Source: Pseudomonadota bacterium (lineage in GTDB: Bacteria > Desulfobacterota > WTBG01 > CAIYCZ01 > CAIRTM01). Taken from it: a stretch of DNA of 45,713 bases. Where the stretch lies: NCBI GenBank assembly GCA_024640785.1, contig JAHEEI010000001.1, forward strand, positions 1-45,713, written 5' to 3'. A program made the translations under genes and the position numbers. The notes under the pieces are model-generated. The model was not told where the DNA came from, did no database searches, and saw only the letters and a program-made list of their open reading frames with translations. Positions 1 to 8,390 of this stretch are shown here, piece after piece (the first letter of the stretch is position 1; each line of letters begins with the position of its first letter).

Positions 1-19
1 AGGCGACCTTAAAAAACAT

Positions 20-322
20 GTGTCCTCTTTTGCTTTCAGTCAGAAAATGAAGGGGCCGGACAGCCTTCCCATGAGCACAAAAATGCTTGATGAGGGGATG
101 AAGCGTCTGAAAGATCATGACACTAATAACCCTGAGGATGCCGCGAACCTGCGTAAAAAGTTCACCAAAATGATGGGGGTGAATTTTGAAGAGGGGAAGA
201 AGAAGTCCGGTGCAGTTCTTGAAACTGAAGCTGAAGAAAAAGGCGGGGGAATTAAGGATAAACCTGTTTCAGATGAGCATGATGTTCCTCCTGAAAAAGA
301 TGGAACACTATATGAAATTTAA
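20..322 (+). CDS. hypothetical charged protein, possibly the 3' part of a gene truncated by the window edge
   Basis: 100-aa ORF from GTG. The frame stays open upstream to base 2. No recognisable motif. Confidence 0.3.
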   Translation: MSSFAFSQKMKGPDSLPMSTKMLDEGMKRLKDHDTNNPEDAANLRKKFTKMMGVNFEEGKKKSGAVLETEAEEKGGGIKDKPVSDEHDVPPEKDGTLYEI

Positions 323-343
323 CCTGTAATAAAAGGAGATTAA

Positions 344-1240
344 ATGATACTGGTTACCGGAGCGGCTGGAACCCTCGGCAGAGAAGTGTGCAAACAGCTG
401 GCAGAAAAAAGCCTTGAGTTTAAATGCCTGGTTAGAAAAACTTCGAAAACAGAAGTCCTTGAAAAGATCGGTGCAAGCCTTGTTTATGGTGACGTGAGGG
501 ACAGGGCGTCGCTTGAAAAGGCGATGAAGGGCGTGACGCAGGTTATCTCAATCCATTCCGTTGGCATTCAGAAGAAAGGTGTAACCTACTGGGATGTTGA
601 TTATCAGGGGAACATTCATCTCATTGATCTTTTAAAAAAAAGCGGCGGCGGAAAATTCGTTTATGTGAGCGCACTGGGCGTTTCCCTTGAAGCAAGGTTC
701 CTGCTATACAAGGTTAAGCAGCTGATTGCAAACGCTCTTGAAGTTTCAGGTCTTGACTACACTGTTTTTAAGCCATCGGGATTTTTCAGTGACTTTACCC
801 GAGCAGCCGGTTTGATTAAAAAAAGAGGGATTATGCCTGCCATGGGTTCGCCTGAGAACAGAGTGCAGGGGATTTACATGGGAGATCTGGCGTACTGCAT
901 GATAGATTCCCTTAGCAATGAAAAAGCCCGTAAACGGGTCTTTTTAATCGGGGGTCCGGAAGCGCTTACCTATCGTCAGATAGCTGGCATATATGAAAAA
1001 CTTCTTAACAGGAAGGTCAGGGTATTGCCTATTCCTGCGGGCTTTCAAAAGTTTGTGGGGTTTACCGTAGATACGTTTACAGGATATCGCTATGACATTC
1101 TGGGTTTTATTGACGCCTTTTCATCGGGTGACAGCACCTGCGATAATACGCCGCTTCATGAGGTCTTTGATATTAAACTAAAGACTTTTGAGGACTATTT
1201 AAGCGCTTTTCTTTCTGAGCATAAGCAGAACGGATTTTGA
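344..1240 (+). CDS. NAD(P)-binding Rossmann-fold protein, NmrA/atypical SDR family
   Basis: N-terminal ILVTGAAGTLG dinucleotide-binding motif. GGAG Shine-Dalgarno sequence about 5 nt before the ATG. 298 aa. Confidence 0.8.
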   Translation: MILVTGAAGTLGREVCKQLAEKSLEFKCLVRKTSKTEVLEKIGASLVYGDVRDRASLEKAMKGVTQVISIHSVGIQKKGVTYWDVDYQGNIHLIDLLKKSGGGKFVYVSALGVSLEARFLLYKVKQLIANALEVSGLDYTVFKPSGFFSDFTRAAGLIKKRGIMPAMGSPENRVQGIYMGDLAYCMIDSLSNEKARKRVFLIGGPEALTYRQIAGIYEKLLNRKVRVLPIPAGFQKFVGFTVDTFTGYRYDILGFIDAFSSGDSTCDNTPLHEVFDIKLKTFEDYLSAFLSEHKQNGF

Positions 1241-1378
1241 TAATAAATCTTCCTTTAAAAGATTGAAGCAGAGATATTTTTTTACAAATCTTCTTTTGTG
1301 TACTTGATAAATTTTATGTGTAAGCGTAAAATTATTAATCTTTAATATCTTTGAAAATTAATCTATCTGGAGGTAAAA

Positions 1379-2125
1379 GTGGGCTGGTTTGGAAAGATGA
1401 CATTTGGGACGATGGGACTCCTTTTTGGAGGACCGCTTGGCGCGATTATTGGCGCAAGTTTAGGACACAACCTGATTGACAAAAAGGCAGAATACGGTCA
1501 GGGGGGGGGCGTTTCGCCAAAGTCAGAACAGGCACAGGCCGCTTATTTTGTGTGTATCTTTTCAATTCTGGGTAAACTTGCAAAAGCCGACGGAGTTGTG
1601 ACCAGCGATGAACTGAAAGTTGTTGATGATTTTATTAATGGGATGAATATTGCTGAAACAGAAAAGCACTTTGCGAAACAGGTTTTTAATGAGGCGAAAA
1701 ATTCAAATTATTCTGTAGAAGATTTCGCATCTCAGTTTTATCAGATAAACAGAGGCCAGCCTGCAGTGCTTCATTCTTTTCTCGATGTTCTTTTCCGGGT
1801 GGCTGCGGCAGACAGGGTGCTGCATCCAGCTGAGGAGGATGCACTAAAGCGGGTTAAAAATATATTTCAAATAAGTGACAAGCAGTTCAATGATATAAAG
1901 TCTATATATTTTACCGATGTGGACAGATACTATAAACAGCTCAGCTGTTCAGCGGGCAGCAGCAATGATGAGATAAAAAAGAGCTACAAAAAGCTTGTGC
2001 GTGACTTCCATCCGGATACTATTGTGTCAAAAGGCCTACCGGAGGAGTTTACTGAGTTTGCTGCTTCACGTTTCAGAGAAATACAGGAAGCCTATGAAAA
2101 GGTCAGAAAGGAACGAGGCTTCTGA
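1379..2125 (+). CDS. djlA: DjlA-type co-chaperone (TM anchor + TerB-like domain + C-terminal J domain)
   Basis: Gly-rich N-terminal TM segment (GLLFGGPLGAIIGASLG). C-terminal J domain with HPD (KKSYKKLVRDFHPD). GGAGG precedes the GTG start. Confidence 0.8.
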   Translation: MGWFGKMTFGTMGLLFGGPLGAIIGASLGHNLIDKKAEYGQGGGVSPKSEQAQAAYFVCIFSILGKLAKADGVVTSDELKVVDDFINGMNIAETEKHFAKQVFNEAKNSNYSVEDFASQFYQINRGQPAVLHSFLDVLFRVAAADRVLHPAEEDALKRVKNIFQISDKQFNDIKSIYFTDVDRYYKQLSCSAGSSNDEIKKSYKKLVRDFHPDTIVSKGLPEEFTEFAASRFREIQEAYEKVRKERGF

Positions 2126-2276
2126 TTCTTTAATTCCCTTGTATTTTCGGAATTATTCTTCCGGGTTCTTTTAACTTCTTCAGGAATAAATCTTTAAAAA
2201 ATCAAAAAAACAATAAATCAGAAATAGATTTTATACTTTTCAACTATTTTTACACATCGAGAGTTTTTTGTTTTGA

Positions 2277-2305
2277 TTGACACAATATAAACTGTTTCAT
2301 ATACT
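2277..2305 (+). promoter_or_regulatory. sigma70-like promoter candidate for rsmD
   Basis: TTGACA (2277-2282), 17-nt spacer, TATACT (2300-2305), about 30 nt upstream of the GGGAG SD and ATG 2338. Confidence 0.4.
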
Positions 2306-2337
2306 TTTTTTCTCAAGCTAAAATCGGGAGTTAGAAA

Positions 2338-2901
2338 ATGGGAGAGGTTAGAATAGCTTCAGGCAGATTTCGCGGCAGGAAGATAAAGACGCCTTCTGAG
2401 GAAACTACCCGTCCACTGCTTACGCGCCTGAGAAAAAGTCTTGCTGATGTAATGCGCCCTCAGATTGCGGGTTCACGTATTCTTGACCTTTTTGGCGGGT
2501 CAGGTGCAATTGTATTAGAGCTTATTTCAAACGGCGCAGATTCTGCTGTTATTGTGGAGCTTGATAAAAGAGCCGCTGATCTTATCTCAAGCAATGTTTT
2601 CAGCCTTAATCTTCAAAAAGAAATAGAGCTTTTAAATATGGATGCTGTGGACTCAATAGCTTCGTTTTCGCTAAAGGGGAAAACCTTTGACATAATTGTT
2701 ATTGCTCCGCCTTATGGACTTTCTCTTCAACAGAAAGCTTTTGATGTTTTGTCTGACCATAATATTCTTTCACCTCAAGGCGTAATAATTGTTCAGAGAG
2801 ATAAAAAGGAGCCGCCCTGTGATGTCCCGGAGGGTTTTGTGTTTACCCGGACAAGGAATTATGGCAGGACAATATTTGATTTTTACTCAAGGAACAGCTA
2901 A
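2338..2901 (+). CDS. rsmD: 16S rRNA (guanine966-N2)-methyltransferase RsmD
   Basis: SAM-binding LDLFGGSGA and the N-methyltransferase (D/A)PPY motif (IAPPY). 187 aa, typical size. Confidence 0.85.
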   Translation: MGEVRIASGRFRGRKIKTPSEETTRPLLTRLRKSLADVMRPQIAGSRILDLFGGSGAIVLELISNGADSAVIVELDKRAADLISSNVFSLNLQKEIELLNMDAVDSIASFSLKGKTFDIIVIAPPYGLSLQQKAFDVLSDHNILSPQGVIIVQRDKKEPPCDVPEGFVFTRTRNYGRTIFDFYSRNS

Positions 2902-3108
2902 TTGTTGTTTTTTAATTTACTTGAAAAAAGAGTTTGAATATATTATTCTTTGACACTTTCTTTTTACATAACTGCTTGAAGTTAATTTAGAAAATATAAA
3001 ATAATAGAACCCCTCTATGGAGATGTTCAGCGCATAGAAGCGGTAAGCAGGATTTAACTATAAGAGAAATTTTCAGACGAAAAAACCTGAGATAGGAGAT
3101 TTTATAAA

Positions 3109-4005
3109 ATGACAGCAAAAAAGACAAGTTTAAAAAACATAAAAAAAATAGGTGTGCTGGGTGCCGGTCAGATGGGTAAGGGTATAGCTCAGGTAGCTGC
3201 TCAGACAGGGTTTGAAACAGTAATGGTTGAGCCCTATGATGAGGTAAGAAAAAAAGCAAAAAAAGGGATAATCGAAAGTCTGGACCGTTTAGTCGAGCTT
3301 GGAAAGATTAAAAAGAAAGAGCGTGATCAGATTCTGGATAGAATGACTTTTGCAAAAGATATTGAGAGTTTAAATGATGTTGACTATGTGATTGAAGCAG
3401 CTGTTGAAAGCACAGCTGTAAAAGAAGATATCTTTAAAAGCCTTGATAGAATCTGCGCTCCTCATGTGATCTTGACTACAAATACAAGTTCTGTGCGACT
3501 TGGAAAACTTGCAAGCGTGACCAACCGTCCGGAGAAAGTCCTTGGTATGCATTTTATGTATCCGGCCCAAAAGATGAAACTTCTTGAAATAATAAGAACA
3601 CCCGCTACGTCAGATGAAAGCTATAACATTGTTAAAGAGCTGGCCATACACATGGGAAAGCAGCCCATAACAGTTACAGACAGCCCCTGTTTTGTCACCA
3701 GCCGCCTGATCCAGACATTTATCAATGAAGCAATATTCTGTCTTTACCAGGGAGTATCATCCAAAGAAGAGATTGACGCTGCCATGAGGCTTGGTATGAA
3801 TCACCCTATGGGTCCGCTTGAACTGGCTGATTTTATAGGTCTTGATGTGGTTCTCTCAATGCAGCAGGCCCTGTACGATGGTTTTCAGGAGCCAAAATAC
3901 AGGCCGTGCCCACTTCTTTTGAGCTTGGTTGAAGTTGGTCATCTTGGCCGGAAGACCGGAAAAGCATTTTATGGCTATAATGCGGACGGATCAAAAAAGG
4001 TTTAG
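3109..4005 (+). CDS. hbd: 3-hydroxyacyl/3-hydroxybutyryl-CoA dehydrogenase
   Basis: IGVLGAGQMGKGIAQV NAD-binding motif and a C-terminal 3HCDH domain (MGPLELADFIGLDV). 298 aa. Confidence 0.85.
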   Translation: MTAKKTSLKNIKKIGVLGAGQMGKGIAQVAAQTGFETVMVEPYDEVRKKAKKGIIESLDRLVELGKIKKKERDQILDRMTFAKDIESLNDVDYVIEAAVESTAVKEDIFKSLDRICAPHVILTTNTSSVRLGKLASVTNRPEKVLGMHFMYPAQKMKLLEIIRTPATSDESYNIVKELAIHMGKQPITVTDSPCFVTSRLIQTFINEAIFCLYQGVSSKEEIDAAMRLGMNHPMGPLELADFIGLDVVLSMQQALYDGFQEPKYRPCPLLLSLVEVGHLGRKTGKAFYGYNADGSKKV

Positions 4006-4127
4006 GTATTGACCGCATGGGAAAGCCTGTTCACATTTTTACAATTGGTCGTTTTTTTGTCGTCTTATATAGATAAGTGTTTTGGGATTGGTGCTAAATA
4101 ATTAGTCCGCTATGAGGGCAATAACTT

Positions 4128-4910
4128 TTGCAAGTATGCAATATTATAAAAACTCTTTTTTGTCTGGTTATAATTAGTGCTTTGTCAGCATTGATATTAT
4201 TTGCTGAAGTTCCTGTAGAAGTTCCCTTAGAAGATCTTTCGGAAGTTTCTGAGGAAGACCTTTCTGAAGTTCTTTCGGAAGTTCCTGCTGAAGTTCCTGT
4301 AGAAGTTCCCTTAGAAGATCTTTCGGAAGTTCCTGAGGAGGTTCCTTCGGAAGAGCCCGCTGAAGTTCTTTCGGAAGTTCCTGTAGAGGTTCCTTTGGAA
4401 GACTTTTCGGAAGTTCCTGAGGAGGTTCCTTCGGAAGAGCCCGCTGAAGTTCTTTCGGAAGTTCCTTTGGAAGACCCTTCGGAAGTTCCTGCTGAAGATA
4501 CTGTAGAAGTCCCTTCGGAAGTTTCTGAGGAAAATCCCGCTGAAGTTCCTGCTGAAGATACTTTAGAAGACACTGTAGACGTTCCTGATGAGCTTCCTGT
4601 TGAAGATTACAGCGAAGAGACTGTGAGTTTTGAAAACGGTTTTTTAAGCATTAATGTCAAAAATATGCGGTCCGAAGATCTCATAAAAGAGATAAGTGAG
4701 AAATGCAAAATTGAACTTGTTATTTTAGGGGAGGTCTTTACTGAGGTTCCCGTGAGTATCAGTTTTAAGGATGTCCCTGTCCATAAGGGTATAAAAAGGG
4801 TTTTAAGACGTTCCGAGATTACAAGGTATCTTATGCATTTTGCAACCGGTGATAATGAAACGAAGATTGTACGTCTTGACCTTATCGGAGATAAGAGTGT
4901 TAAAAAGTGA
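4128..4910 (+). CDS. membrane-anchored acidic E/V/P-rich tandem-repeat protein with a non-repetitive C-terminal domain
   Basis: TTG start 10 nt after GAGGG. N-terminal hydrophobic helix (LFCLVIISALSALILFA). About 140 aa of EVP/EDLSEV repeats, then a roughly 95-aa unique beta-alpha-beta-like C-terminal domain. Confidence 0.6.
   Translation: MQVCNIIKTLFCLVIISALSALILFAEVPVEVPLEDLSEVSEEDLSEVLSEVPAEVPVEVPLEDLSEVPEEVPSEEPAEVLSEVPVEVPLEDFSEVPEEVPSEEPAEVLSEVPLEDPSEVPAEDTVEVPSEVSEENPAEVPAEDTLEDTVDVPDELPVEDYSEETVSFENGFLSINVKNMRSEDLIKEISEKCKIELVILGEVFTEVPVSISFKDVPVHKGIKRVLRRSEITRYLMHFATGDNETKIVRLDLIGDKSVKK
4203..4620 (+). repeat. in-frame coding tandem repeat, 84-bp (28-codon) period, about 5 units
   Basis: An exact 45-bp copy occurs at 4203 and 4287. 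An exact 59-bp copy occurs at 4324 and 4408. Both pairs are offset by 84 bp, and flanking units are degenerate. Confidence 0.85.
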
Positions 4911-4950
4911 CAGTTGTCAAGCTAGCTGTCACCTGAGCGTTTTTATTTTT
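4908..4950 (+). terminator. weak intrinsic terminator candidate between convergent genes
   Basis: TGACAG (4908-4913) pairs with CTGTCA (4926-4931) across a 12-nt loop, followed by the T-rich tract cgtttttattttt. Confidence 0.25.
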
Positions 4951-4990
4951 CAGATCCCCTGCTTATTCCTGATAATTATAATTGAGACCA

Positions 4991-5575
4991 TCACTTCAAG
5001 CGAGGATTGCCGCCATTGATCCACCAGTCGCTCTTATCTTCAAACCACCAGTGTGTTGAGTCCGTAGCAAGTATTTTTTCCGCAAGCTCTCTTGCAGTAG
5101 CTGTCTTAAGCCTTTTTAAGGCGAAGCTTATCCATTCGTCTGCGTACTTGTTTCCCAGATCTTTTTTTTCTTTGAGCATCAGTATGAGGTCAAGTTGATC
5201 TGCGTCATTTGCAAGGAGAGCTTCTTTTGATTTTCCAGAATTAAATTCTTCTATAGAATTACTGATGTCGTCTCCGAAAGGGAGGGTTTTGGTAAGGTCT
5301 TTTAGAGCTTTTTTTTCGTCGACTTTTACATATTTTTTGTTCATATAATTTAAGTCGCCAGTTCTTGCTTCGTGAAGGTCATGAAGCAGACACATCTTGA
5401 TGAGTTTTGCCTCGTCAATATCCTTTTCAATTCTGGACAACACGTATCCGATAAAGGTTACTCTGAATGCATGCTCTGCAACCGATTCGCTTCCGGTTCC
5501 GAGAAACTGAAGACCTGTACGAGGTGTTCTTTTAAGCATGCCTGCTTCGAATAGAAGATTCACTATGTTCTGCAT
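4991..5575 (-). CDS. HD-domain phosphohydrolase (YfbR-like 5'-nucleotidase family)
   Basis: H...HD...D signature: ESVAEHAFRV and CLLHDLHEARTGD. 194 aa. Confidence 0.8.
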   Translation of the reverse strand: MQNIVNLLFEAGMLKRTPRTGLQFLGTGSESVAEHAFRVTFIGYVLSRIEKDIDEAKLIKMCLLHDLHEARTGDLNYMNKKYVKVDEKKALKDLTKTLPFGDDISNSIEEFNSGKSKEALLANDADQLDLILMLKEKKDLGNKYADEWISFALKRLKTATARELAEKILATDSTHWWFEDKSDWWINGGNPRLK

Positions 5576-5595
5576 GGTTTTCCTCTTAAAATTTT

Positions 5596-6706
5596 TTAAT
5601 CCGTGTCCTTCTTATTGATCAAATACTTTTGAATAAAGCAGTCTATATCACCGTCAAGAACTGCATCCACGTTGCCCACATCCATATTGGTTCTGTGGTC
5701 TTTCACCATTCTGTATGGCTGCATAACATATGACCTTATCTGACTTCCCCACGAGATCTGTTTTTTTTCGCTATGAAGTTTTTCAACCTCTTTTTCCTGC
5801 TGCTTTAATTCAAGTTCATACAGCCGAGCTTTAAGAACTTTCATGGCTGTTTCCCGGTTCATATGCTGAGAACGTTCATTTTGACACTGAACCACTATAT
5901 TGGTAGGAATATGGGTTATCCGTACGGCAGAGTCGGTCTTGTTTACGTGCTGTCCGCCGGCACCGCTTGCCCTGTAGGTGTCTATTCGCAAGTCTTTTTC
6001 ATTTATGGTAACCTCTATATCATCTTCTATGTCAGGATATACAAAGACAGCCGCAAAAGATGTATGTCTTCTTGCTCCAGCATCAAAGGGAGAAATCCGT
6101 ACCAGTCTGTGGATACCGACCTCTGCCGACATATAGCCATGTGCGTAATCACCGCTTATGGTAAAGGTAACATTTTTAATGCCGGCTTCTTCACCTTCCA
6201 GAATATCAATTATGCTTGTTTTAAAACCTTTTCGTTCTGCCCATCTTAGATACATTCTTAAAAGCATCTCTGCCCAGTCCTGGGCCTCTGTTCCACCTGC
6301 GCCGGCATTAATGTTTACAATGGCATCATTGATATCGTTTTCATTTCCAAGCATCTTTTTGAATTCAAGCTCGGAAACCATCTTTTCAAGGTCTGTGACA
6401 GTTGATTTAAGCTCTGATTCGATATCCGGGTCTTCTTCAACGCCTTCATCTGCAAGTTCCAGAAGGACCCGGCAGTCTTCAATATTTTTTTCAAGAAGTT
6501 TCCACTGACTGAGGACGTTTTCAAGTGTTTTTTGTTCTTTGGTCACTTTTTTTGCTTCAGCGGTGTTTTTCCAGAAGTCGGGATCAGAGACAAGCTTTTC
6601 GAGCTCTTTCAGCCGTTCATTTTTTTGAGGCAGTTCAAAGATAACCTCTTATTGTTTCCATTCTTTTTTCAAGCAGGCTTATATTTTCTTTCCACTGGCT
6701 TATCAT
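5596..6706 (-). CDS. prfB: peptide chain release factor 2, two frames joined by a programmed +1 frameshift
   Basis: SPF tripeptide (RISPFD) and GGQ (SGAGGQHVNKT). ORF0 is ATG 6706 to in-frame TGA 6637-6635 (23 codons). The +1 frame from 6636 runs continuously into the 5596-6546 ORF, giving about 369 aa in total. Confidence 0.9.
6635..6649 (-). promoter_or_regulatory. prfB autoregulatory +1 frameshift site
   Basis: The minus strand reads AGA GGT TAT CTT TGA A: an SD-like AGAGGT, 3 nt, then the slippery CUU-UGA. Confidence 0.85.
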
Positions 6707-6732
6707 AATTTTCTCCTTACGAGTCGATTAGT

Positions 6733-8277
6733 TTAATTGTCAGATAAAATAGTATCAGGGTTCTTAAGCCTTTTTCTTTTGGCCATATAAATAAACAACA
6801 GACTTAAACATGTGCAGATAAGTGCAAACATGTCTCCATAAAGACTGTAGAAGGTTTTGTCTGTGCGTTTATATATAATAGCAGTTAGACTGTCATCCGT
6901 AAAGAGTTTGGTCTGTTTATAGATTTGTCCGTCAGGTGAGATGAAAGCGCTGATTCCGGTATTTGCGGCTCGCGCAACATAGCGCCTGTTTTCAACTGCC
7001 CGAAAAGAACACATTGAAAGATGCTGGTAAGGCGCGCTGGTAGCACCGAACCATGCATCGTTTGTTATATTAACTATAAAACCCGCACCTTCCTTTACAA
7101 ATCTTCTTACAAGATCAGGGAAGATTATTTCGTAGCAGATAATGGCAGCAAAAGGCGAAGAAGGGATAGAGAGATTTTTTACTATATTGCCGGAAGCAAA
7201 ATCACCAATGCCTTCAACCATCTTGTCGATAAACGGAAAAAGCAGTTTTAAAGGTATATACTCCCCATAAGGCACAAGGTGGATTTTGTTATATTTTCCT
7301 TTAATGTTGTTTTCTGGAGAAATAAGAAACGCACTGTTGTAAAACTTTGGTTTTCCAGATACTACTTCCCACGAAGGGCTTCCAAGAAGAATATACGCAT
7401 TGATTTTTTTTACAATCTTCTCCACCGTTTTCTTATGCATTTCATCTGCTTGAAAGAAAAAGGGTGTGGCTGATTCAGGCCAGATTACAATGTCAGGATT
7501 GTCTGGGGAGCTTTTTACAGAGAGGTAATCAAGTTTTTCAAGTGTTTTTGTCAGGTATTCTGGGTTCCATTTTACATCCTGGGGAATGTTTGGCTGAACC
7601 AGTGAGATTTTTATGGGGCTGCCCTGATTTTTGTCAAGAAGGTTAAGCCGGTTCTGTCCGTATAGTATTGTTATAAAAAGTAAAAGGGTTAGAGCAGAAA
7701 GTTCCCGGTAAGGGATTTTTTTGTCAGTAGCCAGAGCATTTAAGAGACAGAACAGTGTACAGTTTGCAAATACAATAATAAATGTGATGCCGTACACACC
7801 GGTTATATCAGCGATCTGGATCACCGGAAGAACATTAAATTGTGAATATCCGAGGTTTTCCCAGGGAAACCCGGTCAAAAACCAGGACTTTATATATTCT
7901 GAAGATGTCCAGAACAGGGGCAGGGTAAGGAGAAAGGAAAAGTTTAAATGCTTTTTTACATAGCAGCTTAAACAGATTGGAATGCTGATGAATATGCTCA
8001 GCACAAAAGAGAAAAGAATTAGAACTAAGATGGAGACCGCAAGGGGAAGCTTTCCGTATGACGTCATGGATACGGTTACCCAATAAACCAGGCCAAGATG
8101 AAAAACGGTACCGGTTATGGTGCTTAAGAGAAGTCCTTTTGCAGGACTGCTTTTAAAGACTGCTATGATTATCGGAACAAGGCAAAACCATGCAATAAAA
8201 CTTAAATTAAAGTTCGGGAAAGCCAGGGGCATCAGAAGGCCGGAACTCGATGCAAGTATTATTTCTTTTTTGTTCAT
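6733..8277 (-). CDS. lnt: apolipoprotein N-acyltransferase
   Basis: Multi-TM N-terminal half plus a C-terminal CN-hydrolase domain (IVIWPESA, YNKIHLVPYGEY, AAIICYE). 514 aa. Confidence 0.9.
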   Translation of the reverse strand: MNKKEIILASSSGLLMPLAFPNFNLSFIAWFCLVPIIIAVFKSSPAKGLLLSTITGTVFHLGLVYWVTVSMTSYGKLPLAVSILVLILFSFVLSIFISIPICLSCYVKKHLNFSFLLTLPLFWTSSEYIKSWFLTGFPWENLGYSQFNVLPVIQIADITGVYGITFIIVFANCTLFCLLNALATDKKIPYRELSALTLLLFITILYGQNRLNLLDKNQGSPIKISLVQPNIPQDVKWNPEYLTKTLEKLDYLSVKSSPDNPDIVIWPESATPFFFQADEMHKKTVEKIVKKINAYILLGSPSWEVVSGKPKFYNSAFLISPENNIKGKYNKIHLVPYGEYIPLKLLFPFIDKMVEGIGDFASGNIVKNLSIPSSPFAAIICYEIIFPDLVRRFVKEGAGFIVNITNDAWFGATSAPYQHLSMCSFRAVENRRYVARAANTGISAFISPDGQIYKQTKLFTDDSLTAIIYKRTDKTFYSLYGDMFALICTCLSLLFIYMAKRKRLKNPDTILSDN

Positions 8278-8390
8278 TAAGTTCTTTCCACGGGAATAAT
8301 TCTTGATTTATATAATGAGTTGTATAAAACTAACAGTCATAGCATAAAAGCTCAAGAAAATTTATATCAGAGAAAAAAATAGGGAATAAA

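Noticed and set aside
2987-3259. 90-aa minus-strand ORF overlapping the hbd start
   Set aside because: It runs through an AT-rich promoter and 5' region, has a hydrophobic low-complexity product, and conflicts with a well-supported gene.
4094-4573. 159-aa S/T/G-rich ORF on the minus strand across the tandem repeat
   Set aside because: - It is the mirror image of the in-frame 84-bp repeats.
- It has no plausible N-terminus or SD, and it ends in junk-like sequence.
- The plus-strand ORF has a TM anchor, an SD and a unique C-terminal domain.
4203-4620. Possible CRISPR-like or minisatellite array
   Set aside because: The repeats are contiguous with no unique spacers, are in-frame with a multiple-of-3 period, and lie inside an ORF. 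No cas genes are present in the window.
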